DNA from: Malacoraja senta
Lineage: Eukaryota
Reading direction: 5' to 3'
NCBI GenBank assembly: GCA_038087875.1
Contig: CM075997.1
Span: 4,094,001 to 4,158,000, forward strand
DNA: 64,000 bases
In this document: positions 1 to 11,230 of the stretch, in pieces
How the letters are laid out: each line of letters opens with the position of its first letter
Position numbering within the stretch: position 1 is the first letter of the stretch
Program-made: the position numbers and the translations under genes
Notes under the pieces: model-generated
The model's database searches: none
The model's input: the letters and a program-made list of their open reading frames with translations, nothing else
What the model was told of the DNA's origin: nothing

Positions 1-1758
1 CCCTCTTCCCCTCCACTTCCCAGCTCTCCCACAGCCCACTGTCTCCGTCTCTTCCTTTCTTCTTCCTGCCCCCACCACCCCCACATCAGTCTGAACAAGG
101 GTCTCGACCCGAAACGTCACCTATTCCTTCGCTCCATAGAGGCTGCCTCACCTGCTGAGTTTCTCCAGCATTTTTATCTCCTTCGATTTTTCCAGCATCT
201 GCAGTTCTTCTTAAACAAATAATAATAATAATAATAATGGATTGGATTTATATAGCGCCTTTCTAATACCCAAGGGCGCCTATTTCTCGAAATAAAATAT
301 ATTTGAAATTTAAAAAATACATGTGGAAGGTTAGTAATCCATTTCTTAACTGCTTCAAAGGTTATTTCCATTCTACTATACACAAGCAAACCAAAACTAC
401 TGCGAGCGGTACCCATGTAATGTGGTCTCGCCAATGCCGTGTGCAAATGAAACATAACTCCTCTTTGTTTCCAATTTTCCCAGCTGTAAATAAAAGGATT
501 CTGTTCACTTTCCTAATCACTTGCGGCTGCACATTAATCTTTTGTGAGTCAGGTATTAGGTGTCACAAGTTTCCTGGTAGCTCAGAGCTCTATAACCTCT
601 TATCGTCTAAACAACATGCATCTTTTTATTTCTTTTCCTGTGAAATTGGATGTTTTTTCACTCACCCTCCTAATTCTCCGACGGCCTTTTCATTGAATGG
701 ATTTCCCCCTCTCTGCAGAATCCTTGCATCTTCTTAAGTTACGTCAAGGCATGTTGAGTTCAGTTTAGTTTAGTTTAGTTGAGAGATACAGCGCGGAAAC
801 AGGCTCTTCAGCCCACTGAGTCCTCACCGACCAGCGATCCCCGCGCACTAACACTATCCTACACACACGAGAGACAATTTACATTTACACCAAGCCAATC
901 GATCTACAAACCTGTACGTCTTTGGAGTGTGGGAGGAAGCCGATGATCTCGGGGAAAACCCACGCAGGTCACGGAGAGAGCGTACGAACTCCGCACAGGC
1001 AGCACCCGTAGTCGGGGTCGAATCCGGGTCTCTGGCACTGTAAAAGCAGTAAGGCAGCAACTCTACCGCTGCGCCTCCGTGCCACACTCTGAAGAAGGGT
1101 CTCACCTGTTCCTTTTCTCCAGAGATGCTGCCTGATCCATTGAGTTACTCCAGCAGTTTGTGTCTATCTTCAAGAGAAACCAGCATCTGCAGTTGCTTCC
1201 TGCACAAGCTGTGTGCATTGTCAGATGCATAGGTATGATGAGGTGCAGTTACAATGCAAATCTTGCTTGCAGCAGCATCAGGTACATAGACTCAAACAGC
1301 ATTTAGAAATAGGAATAGTACATAAATTACTCATAACACTATGACTTATAACTTCATCTTCATAAGTGAAAGGAGCAAAATTAGACCAATCATCCCATCG
1401 TCGACTCCGCCATTCAATCATGGCTGATCTATCTCCCCCTCACAACCCCATTCTCCTGCCTTCTCCCCATAACCTCTGACACCCGTACTAATCAAGAATC
1501 TATCTATCTATCTCTGCCTTAAAAAATATCCACTGACTTGGCCTCCACAGCCTTCTGTGGCAAAGAATTCCACAGATTCACCACCACCCTCTAAAGAAAT
1601 TCCTCCTCACCTCCTTCCTAAAGGAACATCCTTTAATTCTGAGGCTGTGACCTCTGGTCCTGGGCTCTCCCACTAGTGGAAACATCCTCTCCACATCCAC
1701 TCTAACCGGGCCTTCATGCAAACAGTGAAAAGAAACACACTGTTCAAGAAACAAGATG

Positions 1759-2065
1759 GGCGCCACGGTGGCGCAGCGGTAGAGTTGCGGGTTCGATCCA
1801 GAGACCCAGGTTCGATCCCGAATACAGATGCTGTCTGTACGGTGTTTGTACGTTCTCCCCGTGACCCGCGTGGGTTTTCTCCGAGATCTTCAGTTTCCTC
1901 CCACACTCCAAAGACGTACAGGTTTGTAGGTTAATTGGCTTGGTATAAATGTAAATTGTCCCTAGTGTGTGTAGGATAGCGTCAGTGTGCGGGTATCGCA
2001 GGTCGGCGCGGACTCGGTGGGATGAAGGGCCTGATTCCACGCTGTATCTCTAAACGAAACTAAAC
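1759..2065 (+). mobile_element. tRNA-derived V-SINE (HE1-like); other copies at ~762-1086(-), 15668-15935(-), 19198-19467(+), 26488-26788(-), 29195-29470(+), 30890-31150(-), 39855-40150(-), 48930-49238(-)
   Basis: A box TGGCGCAGCGG, B box GGTTCGATCC, V-domain GTTCTCCCCGTGAC..GTGGGTTT..TTTCCTCCCACACTCCAAAGAC, CR1-like tail with (TAAAC)n. Confidence 0.85.
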
Positions 2066-3872
2066 AAGAAGTTAGCAAACGCACAATTAATGAACAAGTC
2101 CACAATTGTGCAAGAGGCGTGGTGTTGTTGTGGTCCATGATAGGCTTGGCTGGCACCCCTTGCCTAACATGGTTGCCAACATGTTTAGCAAACACACCTT
2201 GGGCTGTTTCACACAACATTGCAAAATGTGGTTCCCCACCTACAACCACAAAGCTTGTCCCATCTTGCCAACTCAAAAAAAGATTGTCCCTGCTTAGACA
2301 GCTAATCCTAGAACCGTGCCAATATGTTTGGGTTTCTCCAGCATTTTTGTCTACCTACGCCAATATGTTATCTGCTTTGAGCACAAGAGACGGGAAATAA
2401 TTTTGCAACTTTCTAGAAGTTAGACACAACATGCTGGAGGAACTCAGCGGGACAGGCAGCATCTCCGGAGAGAAGGAATGGGTGACGTTTCGGGTCGAGA
2501 CCCTTCTTCGGACTCGGATAGAATGCCGGTCGGGCTGCAAGTGGTTCTGGTCACCCCATTACAGGGAGGATGTGAAGGCTTTAAAGAGGGTGCAGAAGAG
2601 GTTTGCCATTATGATGCCTGCCTCAGAAGGTATTAGCTGTATCCTCCGCACACCAGGGACAATTTACACGTACACCAAGCCAATTCACCGACAGACCTGC
2701 ACGTCTTTGGAGTGAGGGAGGAAACCGGAGATCTCGGAGAAAACCCACGCAGGTCACGGGAAGAACGTACAAACTCCACACAGACAGCACCCTGCTGGAC
2801 ATATACAGGAAGAGATGTATCAGCAGAGCCATCTCCATCATCAAAGACCCCTACCACCCATCCCATCACATATTCTCCATCCTGCCATCTGGGAAGAGGT
2901 ACCGGAGCATTAGGTGCAAAACCAGCAGGATGCTCCTCAGCTTCTTCCCGCAGGTTATAAGACTGATAAACGGACTTTGCCCCCTGCCAAAGTATCGTGC
3001 ACCAACCACCAACCTGGACACACTGCAGCAGAGCCACTGTCGTGCCGCTGCCGATCGGAACGCCTGTTGATGTTTGGTAGAGTAGAGTGTTCATTTGTTC
3101 ATGATATATGTATTTTTACTTCTTTTTATTTTTTACTGCACACTGAAATGGACACTGGTTGAGGAACGTTTTTTTGTTTCCTCTGGGTATGCGAATACTC
3201 AGGAAATGACAATAAAGATATACAAGACCCGTAGTCGGGATCGAACCCGGGTCTCCGGCGCTGCAAGGCAGTGACTCTACCGCCCGTACTGGGTGTCAAA
3301 GGTTACAGGGAGAAAGCCAATGAATGGGGTTGTGAGGGAAAGACAGATCAGCCGTGATTGAATGGCGGAGTAGACCTGCGTGGGTTTTCTCCGGGATCTT
3401 CAGTTTCCTCCCACACTCCAAAGACGTGCAGGTTTGTAGGTTAATTGGCTTGGTGTAAATGTAAATTGTCCCTAGTGTGTGTAGGATAGCGTCAGTGTGC
3501 GGGTATCGCAGGTCGGCGCGGACTCGGTGGGATGAAGGGCCTGATTCCATGCTGTATCTCTAAACGAAACTAAACAAGAAGTCAGCAAACGCACAATTAA
3601 TGAACAAGTCCACAATTGTGCAAGAGGCGTGGTGTTGTTGTGGTCCATTGCCGAGGTAAGATTAGGGTCCGTCAAGAACTTGATAGTTGTAGGAAAGTAT
3701 CTGCTCCTGAACATGGTGGCGTGCGACTTCAGACTTCTGTACCTCCTGCCTGATGGTGGCAGCGAGAACATGGCATGCCCTGCATGGTGGGCATCCTTGA
3801 TGGTAGATGCCATCTCCTTCAGGCAGTGCCACATGTAGATGCTTTCAGTGACTTAAACCACCAAGGTCTAAA

Positions 3873-4250
3873 GGATCGCCACCAAGTGGTCACAGGAGTG
3901 GAAGGCAACCTCACCTCCATTACACAGCTACATCTCTTCACCAGATAAAAGTTGTCCAGGGTCTGACCTCCCCAGAGGAGCATGGGTGAAGCTCAACAGA
4001 CTTGGTACTGGAGTTGGGCGTTTCAACGCCAGCATGTGGAGTTGGGGACTCTGCCAGAGCCCAGCCTGTGAATGCGGAGCAGAACAACAGACAGCCAACC
4101 ATGTCATCTCTGGGTGCCCGCTCTACCACCCACCAAATGGAGCTCAGGGCCTGGCGGACATTGACACAGAGACAACAACCTGGCTGCTCAACACCCGGCT
4201 TGAGATCTAACTATTCCTTTGGTTTATGTTTCATTCGCACGATGAAGAAG
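3873..4250 (+). mobile_element. I-group (Vingi/Ingi-like) LINE 3' fragment
   Basis: LPRGAWVKLNRLGTGVGRF..MWSWGL..SPACECG..QTANHVISGCP zinc knuckle; (GAA)n tail. Clade assignment from memory of the motif. Confidence 0.65.
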
Positions 4251-4685
4251 ACTTTAGACTTTAGAGATACAGCGTGGAAACGGGCCCTTCGTTCGACCGT
4301 AGACATAAAAAGCTGGAGTAACTCAGCGGGACAAGCAGCATCCTGGAGAGAAGGAATGGGTGATGTTTCAGGTCGAGCCCTTTCCGCCAACCGAGTCCGC
4401 GCCGACCAGCGATCACACCGTACACTACACTACCCTTCACACTAGAGGCAATTCAACAATTACAGAAGCCAATTAACCTACAAACCTGAGGTGTAGGAAT
4501 TGAACTGCAGATGCTGGTTTACACTGAAGATAGACACAAAATGCTGGAGTAACTCAGCAGGACAGGCAGCATCTCTGGAGAAAAGGATTGTGTTATGTTT
4601 CAGGTCGAGACCCTTCTTTAGACGTCTCGACCTGAAACGTCACCTATTCCTTTTCTCCAGACCTGCTGCCTGACCCGCTGAGTTA

Positions 4686-4885
4686 AGGGCTGTCCCACTT
4701 GGGCGTCATTTGCGCGTCACGCAGATGGCGCGCAAAGATTTTGTACATCCCAAAATCCTGGGGAGCCGTGCGCGACCGCGCGTCACTGCCTACGTCACCA
4801 CGCACCATGCGCGCGTCGTGCGTCGTGACGCGTAGATTATGTCGCTTAAATAACGCGCAAATGACACCCAAGTGGGACAGGCCCT
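4686..4885. mobile_element. PIF/Harbinger-like MITE
   Basis: TIR AGGG(C)CTGTCCCACTT; TTA duplicated on both sides, splitting host GAGTTACTCC. Confidence 0.75.
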
Positions 4886-6103
4886 TTACTCCGGCATTTT
4901 GTGTCAACCTCCAAACCTGTACATCTTTTGGGATGTATGTGGGAAACCGAAGTACCTGGGGAAAACCCACGTGGTCACGGGGAGAAGGTGTAAACTCCGC
5001 ACAGACAGCACCTGTGGTCAGGATTGAACCTGGGTCTCTGGCGCTGTGAGGCAGCGACTCTACCGCTGCGCCAACCCAGTGCTGGGCATGGCTGTTGCCA
5101 TGATGGGCTTGGCTGGCACCCTTGCCTAACATGGTTGCCAACATGTTTAGCAAACACACCTTGGGCTGTTTCACACAACATTGCAAAATGTGGTTCCCCA
5201 CCTACAACCACAATACTTGTCCCATCTTGCCAACTCAAAAAAAGATTGTCCTTGTTTATTCCCTGCTTAGACAGCTAATCCTAGAACCGTGCCAATATGT
5301 TTGGGTTTCTCCAGCATTTTTGTCTACCTACGCCAATATGTTATCTGCTTTGAGCACAAGAGACGGGAAATAATTTTGCAACTTTCTAGAAGTTAGACAC
5401 AACATGCTGGAGGAACTCAGCGGGACAGGCAGCATCTCCGGAGAGAAGGAATGGGTGACGTTTCGGGTCGAGACCCTTCTTCGGACTCGGATAGAATGCC
5501 GGTCGGGCTGCAAGTTGTTCTGGTCACCCCATTACAGGGAGGATGTGAAGGCTTTAAAGAGGGTGCAGAAGAGGTTTGCCATTATGATGCCTGCCTCAGA
5601 AGGTATTAGCTGTATCCTCCGCACACCAGGGACAATTTACACCTACACCAAGCCAATTTACCGACAGACCTGCACGTCTTTGGAGTGAGGGAGGAAACCG
5701 GAGATCTCGGAGAAAACCCACGCAGGTCACGGGAAGAACGTACAAACTCCACACAGACAGCACCCGTAGTCGGGATCGAACCCGGGTCTCCGGCGCTGCA
5801 AGGCAGTGACTCTACCGCCCGTACTGGGTGTCAAAGGTTACAGGGAGAAAGCCAATGAATGGGGTTGTGAGGGAAAGACAGATCAGCCGTGATTGAATGT
5901 CGGAGTAGACTCGATGGGCTGAATGGGCTAATTGTGCTCCTATCTCTTATTTGAACAAATCTTAGTTTAGTTTAGTTTATTATTGTCACGTGTACCAAGG
6001 TACGGGGAAAAACTTTTTGTTGCGTGCTATCCAGTCAGCAAAAAGACAACATGATTACAGTCAAGCTGGCCACAGTGTACAGATACAGGATAAAGGGTAT
6101 AAT

Positions 6104-7020
6104 TCTTCACCATAGATGAGGCTCGCACCAGGGTCTCTGCCATACCCCGCAACACTGCTCTCTCTCCCCATCCCCCCACTCACAACAAGGGCAGAGTCCC
6201 CCTAGTCCTCACCTTTCACCCCACCAGCCGTCACATACAACAAGTGATCCTCCGTCAGTTTCGCCACCTCCAACGTGACCCCACCACTCGCCACATCTTC
6301 CCATCTCCCCCCATGTCTGCCTTCCGCAAAGACCGCTCCCTCCGTAACTCCCTTGTCAATTCTTCCCTTCCCTCCCATACCACCCCCTCCCCTGGTACTT
6401 TCCCTTGCAACCGCAAGAGATGCAACACTTGTCCCTTCGCCTCCCCCCTCTACTCCATTCAAGGACCCAAGCAGTCGTTCCAGGTGCGACAGAGGTTCAC
6501 CTGCATCTCCTCCAACCTCATCTATTGCATCCGCTGCTCTAGATGCCAGCTGATCTACATCGGTGAGACCAAGCGGAGGCTTGGCAATCGTTTCGCCGAA
6601 CACCTCCGGTCGGTCCGCAATAACCAACCTGAACTCCCGGTGGCTCAGCACTTCAACTCCCCCTCCCATTCCGTATCTGACCTCTCTGTCCTGGGTCTCC
6701 TCCATGGCCACAGCGAGCAACACCGTAAATTGGAGGAAATGCACCTCATATTCCGCTTGGGCAGTCTACATCCTGGGGGCTTGAACATTGAATTCTCCCA
6801 ATTCTGCTAGCCCTTGCTGTCCCCTCCCCTTCATCAGCCATCTGGTTGTCTCCTTCCCTCCCCCAGCCCTCGGGCTCCTCCTCCGCCTTTTTCCTTTTTT
6901 CCTTTCTTCTCCCCACCCCCTATCAGTCTGAAGAAGGGTTTCGGCCCGAAACGATGCCTATTTCCTTCGCTCCATAGATGCTGCTGCACCCGCTGAGTTT
7001 CTCCAGCATTTTTGTGTACC
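6104..7020 (+). mobile_element. 5'-truncated Penelope-like retroelement (Neptune-type GIY-YIG endonuclease and 3' tail)
   Basis: ORF to 6810 with CNRKRCNTC, NLIYCIRC..C..IYIGET.R.L..RFAEH and GLN motifs; exact 13-bp TSD TAAAGGGTATAAT at 6091-6103 and 7021-7033. Confidence 0.9.
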
Positions 7021-7148
7021 TAAAGGGTATAATGTTTGGTACAAGATAAGATCCAAGTCTGAAGAAGGGTCTCGATCCATTCCTTCTCTCCAGAGATGCG
7101 GCCTGTCCCACTGAGTTACTCCAGCTATTCATGTCTATCTTTGGTTTA

Positions 7149-7651
7149 TTTATTTTAGTTAACTTTTTATTAGAGGATTTTATCTGCATATCATAGTCCA
7201 AACCAATAAAAACTTTGTTTAACGATTACATATTAAATATCCAGGGTTCCGGGGATCCTGTTACCAAAGTAGCTGGAATCCTCCTTTATCAGTTACATAT
7301 TAACATTGCCTCTAATTATTTATTTATGTTTATAAATAAGAAAAATAAAGAAATAAAGAGAAGAAATTAGAAATAAAATAAGATCAACTATCAATAATAC
7401 AACTTAGGAGATAGGTCAGAGAACATAACTGTTCATCTAGTCCTGGGTTCCGGTTTCAGTCAGGCCTCCGTGCCGGCCCAATCTACCCTTCAAATAATCT
7501 ATAAATGGAGACCATATTTTAATAAATAATTCTGGTTTGTCAATTAAGACATGTCTAATTTTTTCCTAATGTAAGGTCTCCGACATCTCCATAATCCACA
7601 TCTCAATTGTGGGGGTTGCTGCAGTTTTCCAAAATTTTAATATTAATATTT
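7149..7651 (-). mobile_element. L1-clade 3' fragment
   Basis: Encodes ...IWSPFIDYLKG like the 36-kb copy; 15-bp TSD TCTATCTTTGGTTTA (7134-7148, 7652-7666). Confidence 0.8.
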
Positions 7652-7836
7652 TCTATCTTTGGTTTAAACCAGCATCTGCAGTTCCTTCTTACACAAGGTC
7701 CAATTAATATAGTTCCACCCACACTGACCTTTCTGTCCTGAGCAGAGTGTCAGAGTGAGGCCAAACGCAAATTGGAGGAACAGCATCTCATATTTAGCTT
7801 GGGCAGCTTATCAATAGGCAGCGGTATGAATATTGA

Positions 7837-8246
7837 AGGTAGGCAAAAGTGCAGGAGAAACTCAGCGGGTGAGGCAGCATCTATGGAGCGAAGGAAATAG
7901 GCAACGTTTCGGGCCGAAACCCTTCTTCAGACTGATGTAGGGTGGGGGGGGGGGGGGGCGGGAAGAAGAAAGGAAGAGGAGGAGCCAGAGGGCTGAGGGA
8001 GAGCTGAGAAGGGGAGGAGACAGCAAGGGCTCCCGGAAATTGGAGAAGTCAATGTTCAAGGCACTGGGGTGCAGACTGCCCAAGCGGAATATGAGGTGCT
8101 GCTCCTCCAATTTCCGGTGGTGCTCACTCTGGCCATGGAGGAGGCCCAGGACAGAAAGGTCGGATTCGGAATGGGAGGGGCAGTTGAAGTGCTGAACCAC
8201 AGGGAGATCAGGATGGTTGTCGGTATCGATAGTCCAGCTTGGGTCC
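7837..8246 (-). mobile_element. Penelope-like 3' fragment nested in an older Penelope-like copy (host ~7720-8635)
   Basis: Encodes PVVQHFNCPSH...EEQHLIFRLGSLHP; ATGAATATTGA repeated at both flanks. Confidence 0.8.
7903..7930 (-). ncRNA. Minimal type I hammerhead ribozyme motif (Penelope tail)
   Basis: CUGAAGA-A-GGGU(UUCG)GCCC-GAAA-C-GUU^; core nucleotides intact; stem I only about 2 bp. Confidence 0.55.
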
Positions 8247-9399
8247 ATGAATATTGATATGAATATTGATTTTGCTAATAACCCCTGCATCACTCTCTCC
8301 CCATCCCTCCCCCACCCAAGTCATACCAGCTTCAAAGTCGTCTTGTTGAGTCTCGTTGTCTGTAACTCATTTTCACCTAGCACACAGCTAACAATGGCCT
8401 GTTTCCTTTATCATAGTAACTTTTGTTTGGCATTTCTTTCCTTCATTTGTTCTATATCTCTCTACATCTTCAATATCTCTCGTTTCCCTCTCCCCTGACT
8501 CAGTCTGAAGAAGGATCTCGACCCGAAACGTCACCCATTCCTTCTCTCCAGAGATGCTGCCTGTCCCGCTGAGTTACTCCAGCTTTTTGTGTCTATCTTC
8601 AGTTTAAACCAGCATCTGCAGTTCCTTCCTACACATTGATACATACTGTACATACATATATACATATATATATATATACATATATATATATATGCACACA
8701 CACACACACACAAGAAGATAGACACAAAATGCTGGAGTCACACAAACAGCAGCATCTCTGGAGAAAAGGGATGGGTGATGTTTCGTGTCGAGACCCTTCT
8801 TCAGACTGATGCTGCCTGAGTTATTTCAAGATTCAAGAGAGTTTATTGTCATGTGTCCCAGATAGGACAATGACATTCTTCCTTTGCTTCAGCACAACAG
8901 AATATAGTAGACATGAATACAGAACAGATCAGTGTGTCCATATACCATTATATAAATATATACACACATGGATAAATAAACTGATAAAGTGCAAATAAAC
9001 AGATAATGGGCTATTAATGTTCAGAGTTTTGTTTGAGTTGAGTTTAATAGCCTGATGGCTGTGGGGAAGTAGCTATTCCTGAACCTGGACGTTGCAGTCT
9101 TCAGGCTCCTGTACCTTCTACCTGAAGGTAGTAGGGAGATGGGTGTGTGGCCAGGATGGTGTGGGTCCTTGGTGACGCTGCCAGCCTTTTTGAGGCAGCG
9201 TTTGGTATCTATGTTTGGGGTAAACCAGCATCTGCAGTTCTTCGTTCTTACACTTTAATCTTCTTATTGTGCCTGCCTCCCCTCCCTCCCCATGCAGCTG
9301 GTTCCAGGGGCTACCTGTTGCCGTGTTTGCGGGCTGTGATACAGAAATGCGGTCAGTGACACAGTGGCTGTGTGGGCGGTCACACAGCGAGGAGTCATA

Positions 9400-9553
9400 G
9401 CCTCTTTCATTCAGCACCGCCCGGGCCATTGCAATCTCATCTCACCCCACCCCACCCTTGTGGGAGGCAACCCGCTTCCCCTTTTAACAGAGGCAGCAAG
9501 GCACGGGACTTTCAGAAGCCAAGGCAGGTAGTGACCAGTGGTGCTGACCAGCC
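9400..9553 (+). promoter_or_regulatory. Putative CYP2 proximal promoter / 5' UTR
   Basis: Non-repeat GC-rich stretch just upstream of the ATG with CCGCCC GC box (~9416), ATTGCAAT (~9428), tandem CACCC boxes (~9443-9457) and TTTTAA (9482-9487). Motif matches only. Confidence 0.4.
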
Positions 9554-9724
9554 ATGGAACTCAGTGTCACCGCTGTGATCTTAGCTCTGACTGCAATCCT
9601 CTTCCTTTACTGCTGGAACAACAGGGGGAAGAGAAGCCGGCTCCCCCCGGGACCCCCCGCCCTCCCACTCATCGGCAACTCGCTACACATCGACAAGCGA
9701 GCCCCCGACCGCTCTCTCATCCAG
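9554..9724 (+). CDS. Cytochrome P450 family 2 (CYP2), coding exon 1 only
   Basis: Kozak GCCATGG; 57 codons MELSVTAVILALTAILFLYCWNNRGKRSRLPPGPPALPLIGNSLHIDKRAPDRSLIQ = membrane anchor, basic linker and PPGPxxLPxIGN hinge; ends at a phase-0 donor CAG|GTAAGG, as CYP2 exon 1 does. Subfamily not assignable; later exons not found. Confidence 0.88.
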
Positions 9725-9859
9725 GTAAGGCGCTTCAATCTGCTGTTATTTCACTTCAGGTGTCTCTTGAGATCAGTTTCAACGTTGTATCATTCCCAAT
9801 ATGAACAAGGGCGAGGCCATTTATATTAGTATCATATATAATATAATAACATATACAAT

Positions 9860-10210
9860 TCTTGGACAGGTTAGATGATGGGAAAATGTTCCTGGTGTTG
9901 GGGGAGTCCAGAACCAGGGGGTCACAGTTTAAGAATAAGACGTAAGGCCATTTGGGACTGAGATGAGGAAAAACGTTTTCACCCAGAGAGTTGTGAATCT
10001 GTGGAATTCTCTGCCACAGAAGGCAGTGGAGGCCAATTCACTGGATGTTTTCAAGAGAGAGTTAGATATAGCTCTTAGGGCTAACGGAATCAAGGGATAT
10101 GGGGAAAAAGCAGGAATGGGGTACTGATTTTGGATGATCAGCCATGATCATATTGAATGGCAGTGCTGGCTCGAAGGGCCGAATGGCCTACTCCTGCACC
10201 TATTTTCTAG
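9860..10210 (+). mobile_element. Short CR1 3' fragments (also ~1355-1715-, 10310-10585-, 15960-16200+, 31625-31900-, 33615-34060-, 45195-45560+; older decayed copies ~49400-50710+ and 58200-59430+)
   Basis: Match the 3' end of the 11231-14805 CR1 or a related CR1 (RGHSLRI...RVVNLWNSLPQ...GYGEKAG). Confidence 0.8.
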
Positions 10211-11230
10211 GTAAGTGCAAAGTGTAATTTCACTCTGCAGGCATGTTTCTTTATAAACTATCCTCCTTAAAGATCAAAGCACAAGGAACTGCAGATGCTG
10301 GATATATGGAGTCAGAGAGTCTTACAGCGAAACAGGCCCTTCGGCCCAACTTGCCCACACCAACCAATATGTCCCATCTACACTAGTCCCACCTGCCTGC
10401 GTCTGGTCCATATCCCTCCAAACCTGTCCAATCCATGTACCTGTCCAATTCTTTCTTAAACGTTGCGATAGTCCCTGCCTCAACTACCTCCTCCAGCAGC
10501 TCATTCCATACACCCACCCCCTTTGGGTGAAAAAAGTTATTTTTCATATTCCTATTAAATCTTTCCCCCCTCACCTAAAACCTATGTGTAGGAAGGAACT
10601 GCAAATGCTGGTTTAAACCGAAGATAGGCACAAAAAGCTGGAGTAACTGAGCGGGTCAGTCAGCATCTCTGGAGAGAAGGAATAGGTGACGTTTTGGGTC
10701 GAGACACTTCTTCAGACTCCAAAAGTGTGATGAAGGGTCTCGACCCGAAACGTCACTCAAACCTATGTCCTATGGTTCTCATGTAAAGTATTTAAAGTTA
10801 AAATTTGCTCTGCAATCAAGCTTCCAGGCACTTCCTTTAAAAAACAAAACTTGAAACAAGGAACTGAAGATAGACACAAAATGCTGGAGTAACTCAGCGG
10901 GACAGGCAGCACCTCTGGAGAGAAGAAGGTTTCGACCCGAAACATCACCCATTCCTTCTCTCCAGAGATGCTGCCTGTCCCATTGAGTTATTCCAGCATT
11001 TTGTGTCTATCTTCGGTTTAAACCAGCATCTGCAGTTCTTTCCTGCTCAAGAAACTGCAGATGCTGGATAGTTTTAGTAAATAAAATTTCATTCTGCATA
11101 CACAGCCTTTAAAAATTAAGACAGAGGCATAAGGAACTGAAAATGCAGAATATACTGTATGTATAAAGTAAAATTTTACTTTTCAACTAAAACTGCATCC
11201 ACTTCCTTAAAAAAATAATTTTCCTTAAAA

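Larger units (their letters stand above)
1863..5910 (+). repeat. Local tandem duplication (copy 1 ~1863-3375, copy 2 ~3376-5910)
   Basis: Near-identical blocks that include non-repeat sequence: 1866-2138 = 3376-3648, 2139-2792 = 5102-5765, 3231-3375 = 5766-5910. Confidence 0.88.

Noticed and set aside
1759..1830. tRNA genes (A/B boxes in many places)
   Set aside because: They are SINE heads continuous with the V-domain and tail; no complete cloverleaf.
9725..9829. Extension of ORF 9554-9829 as a 91-aa protein
   Set aside because: Read-through past a strong donor at the expected CYP2 exon 1 boundary.
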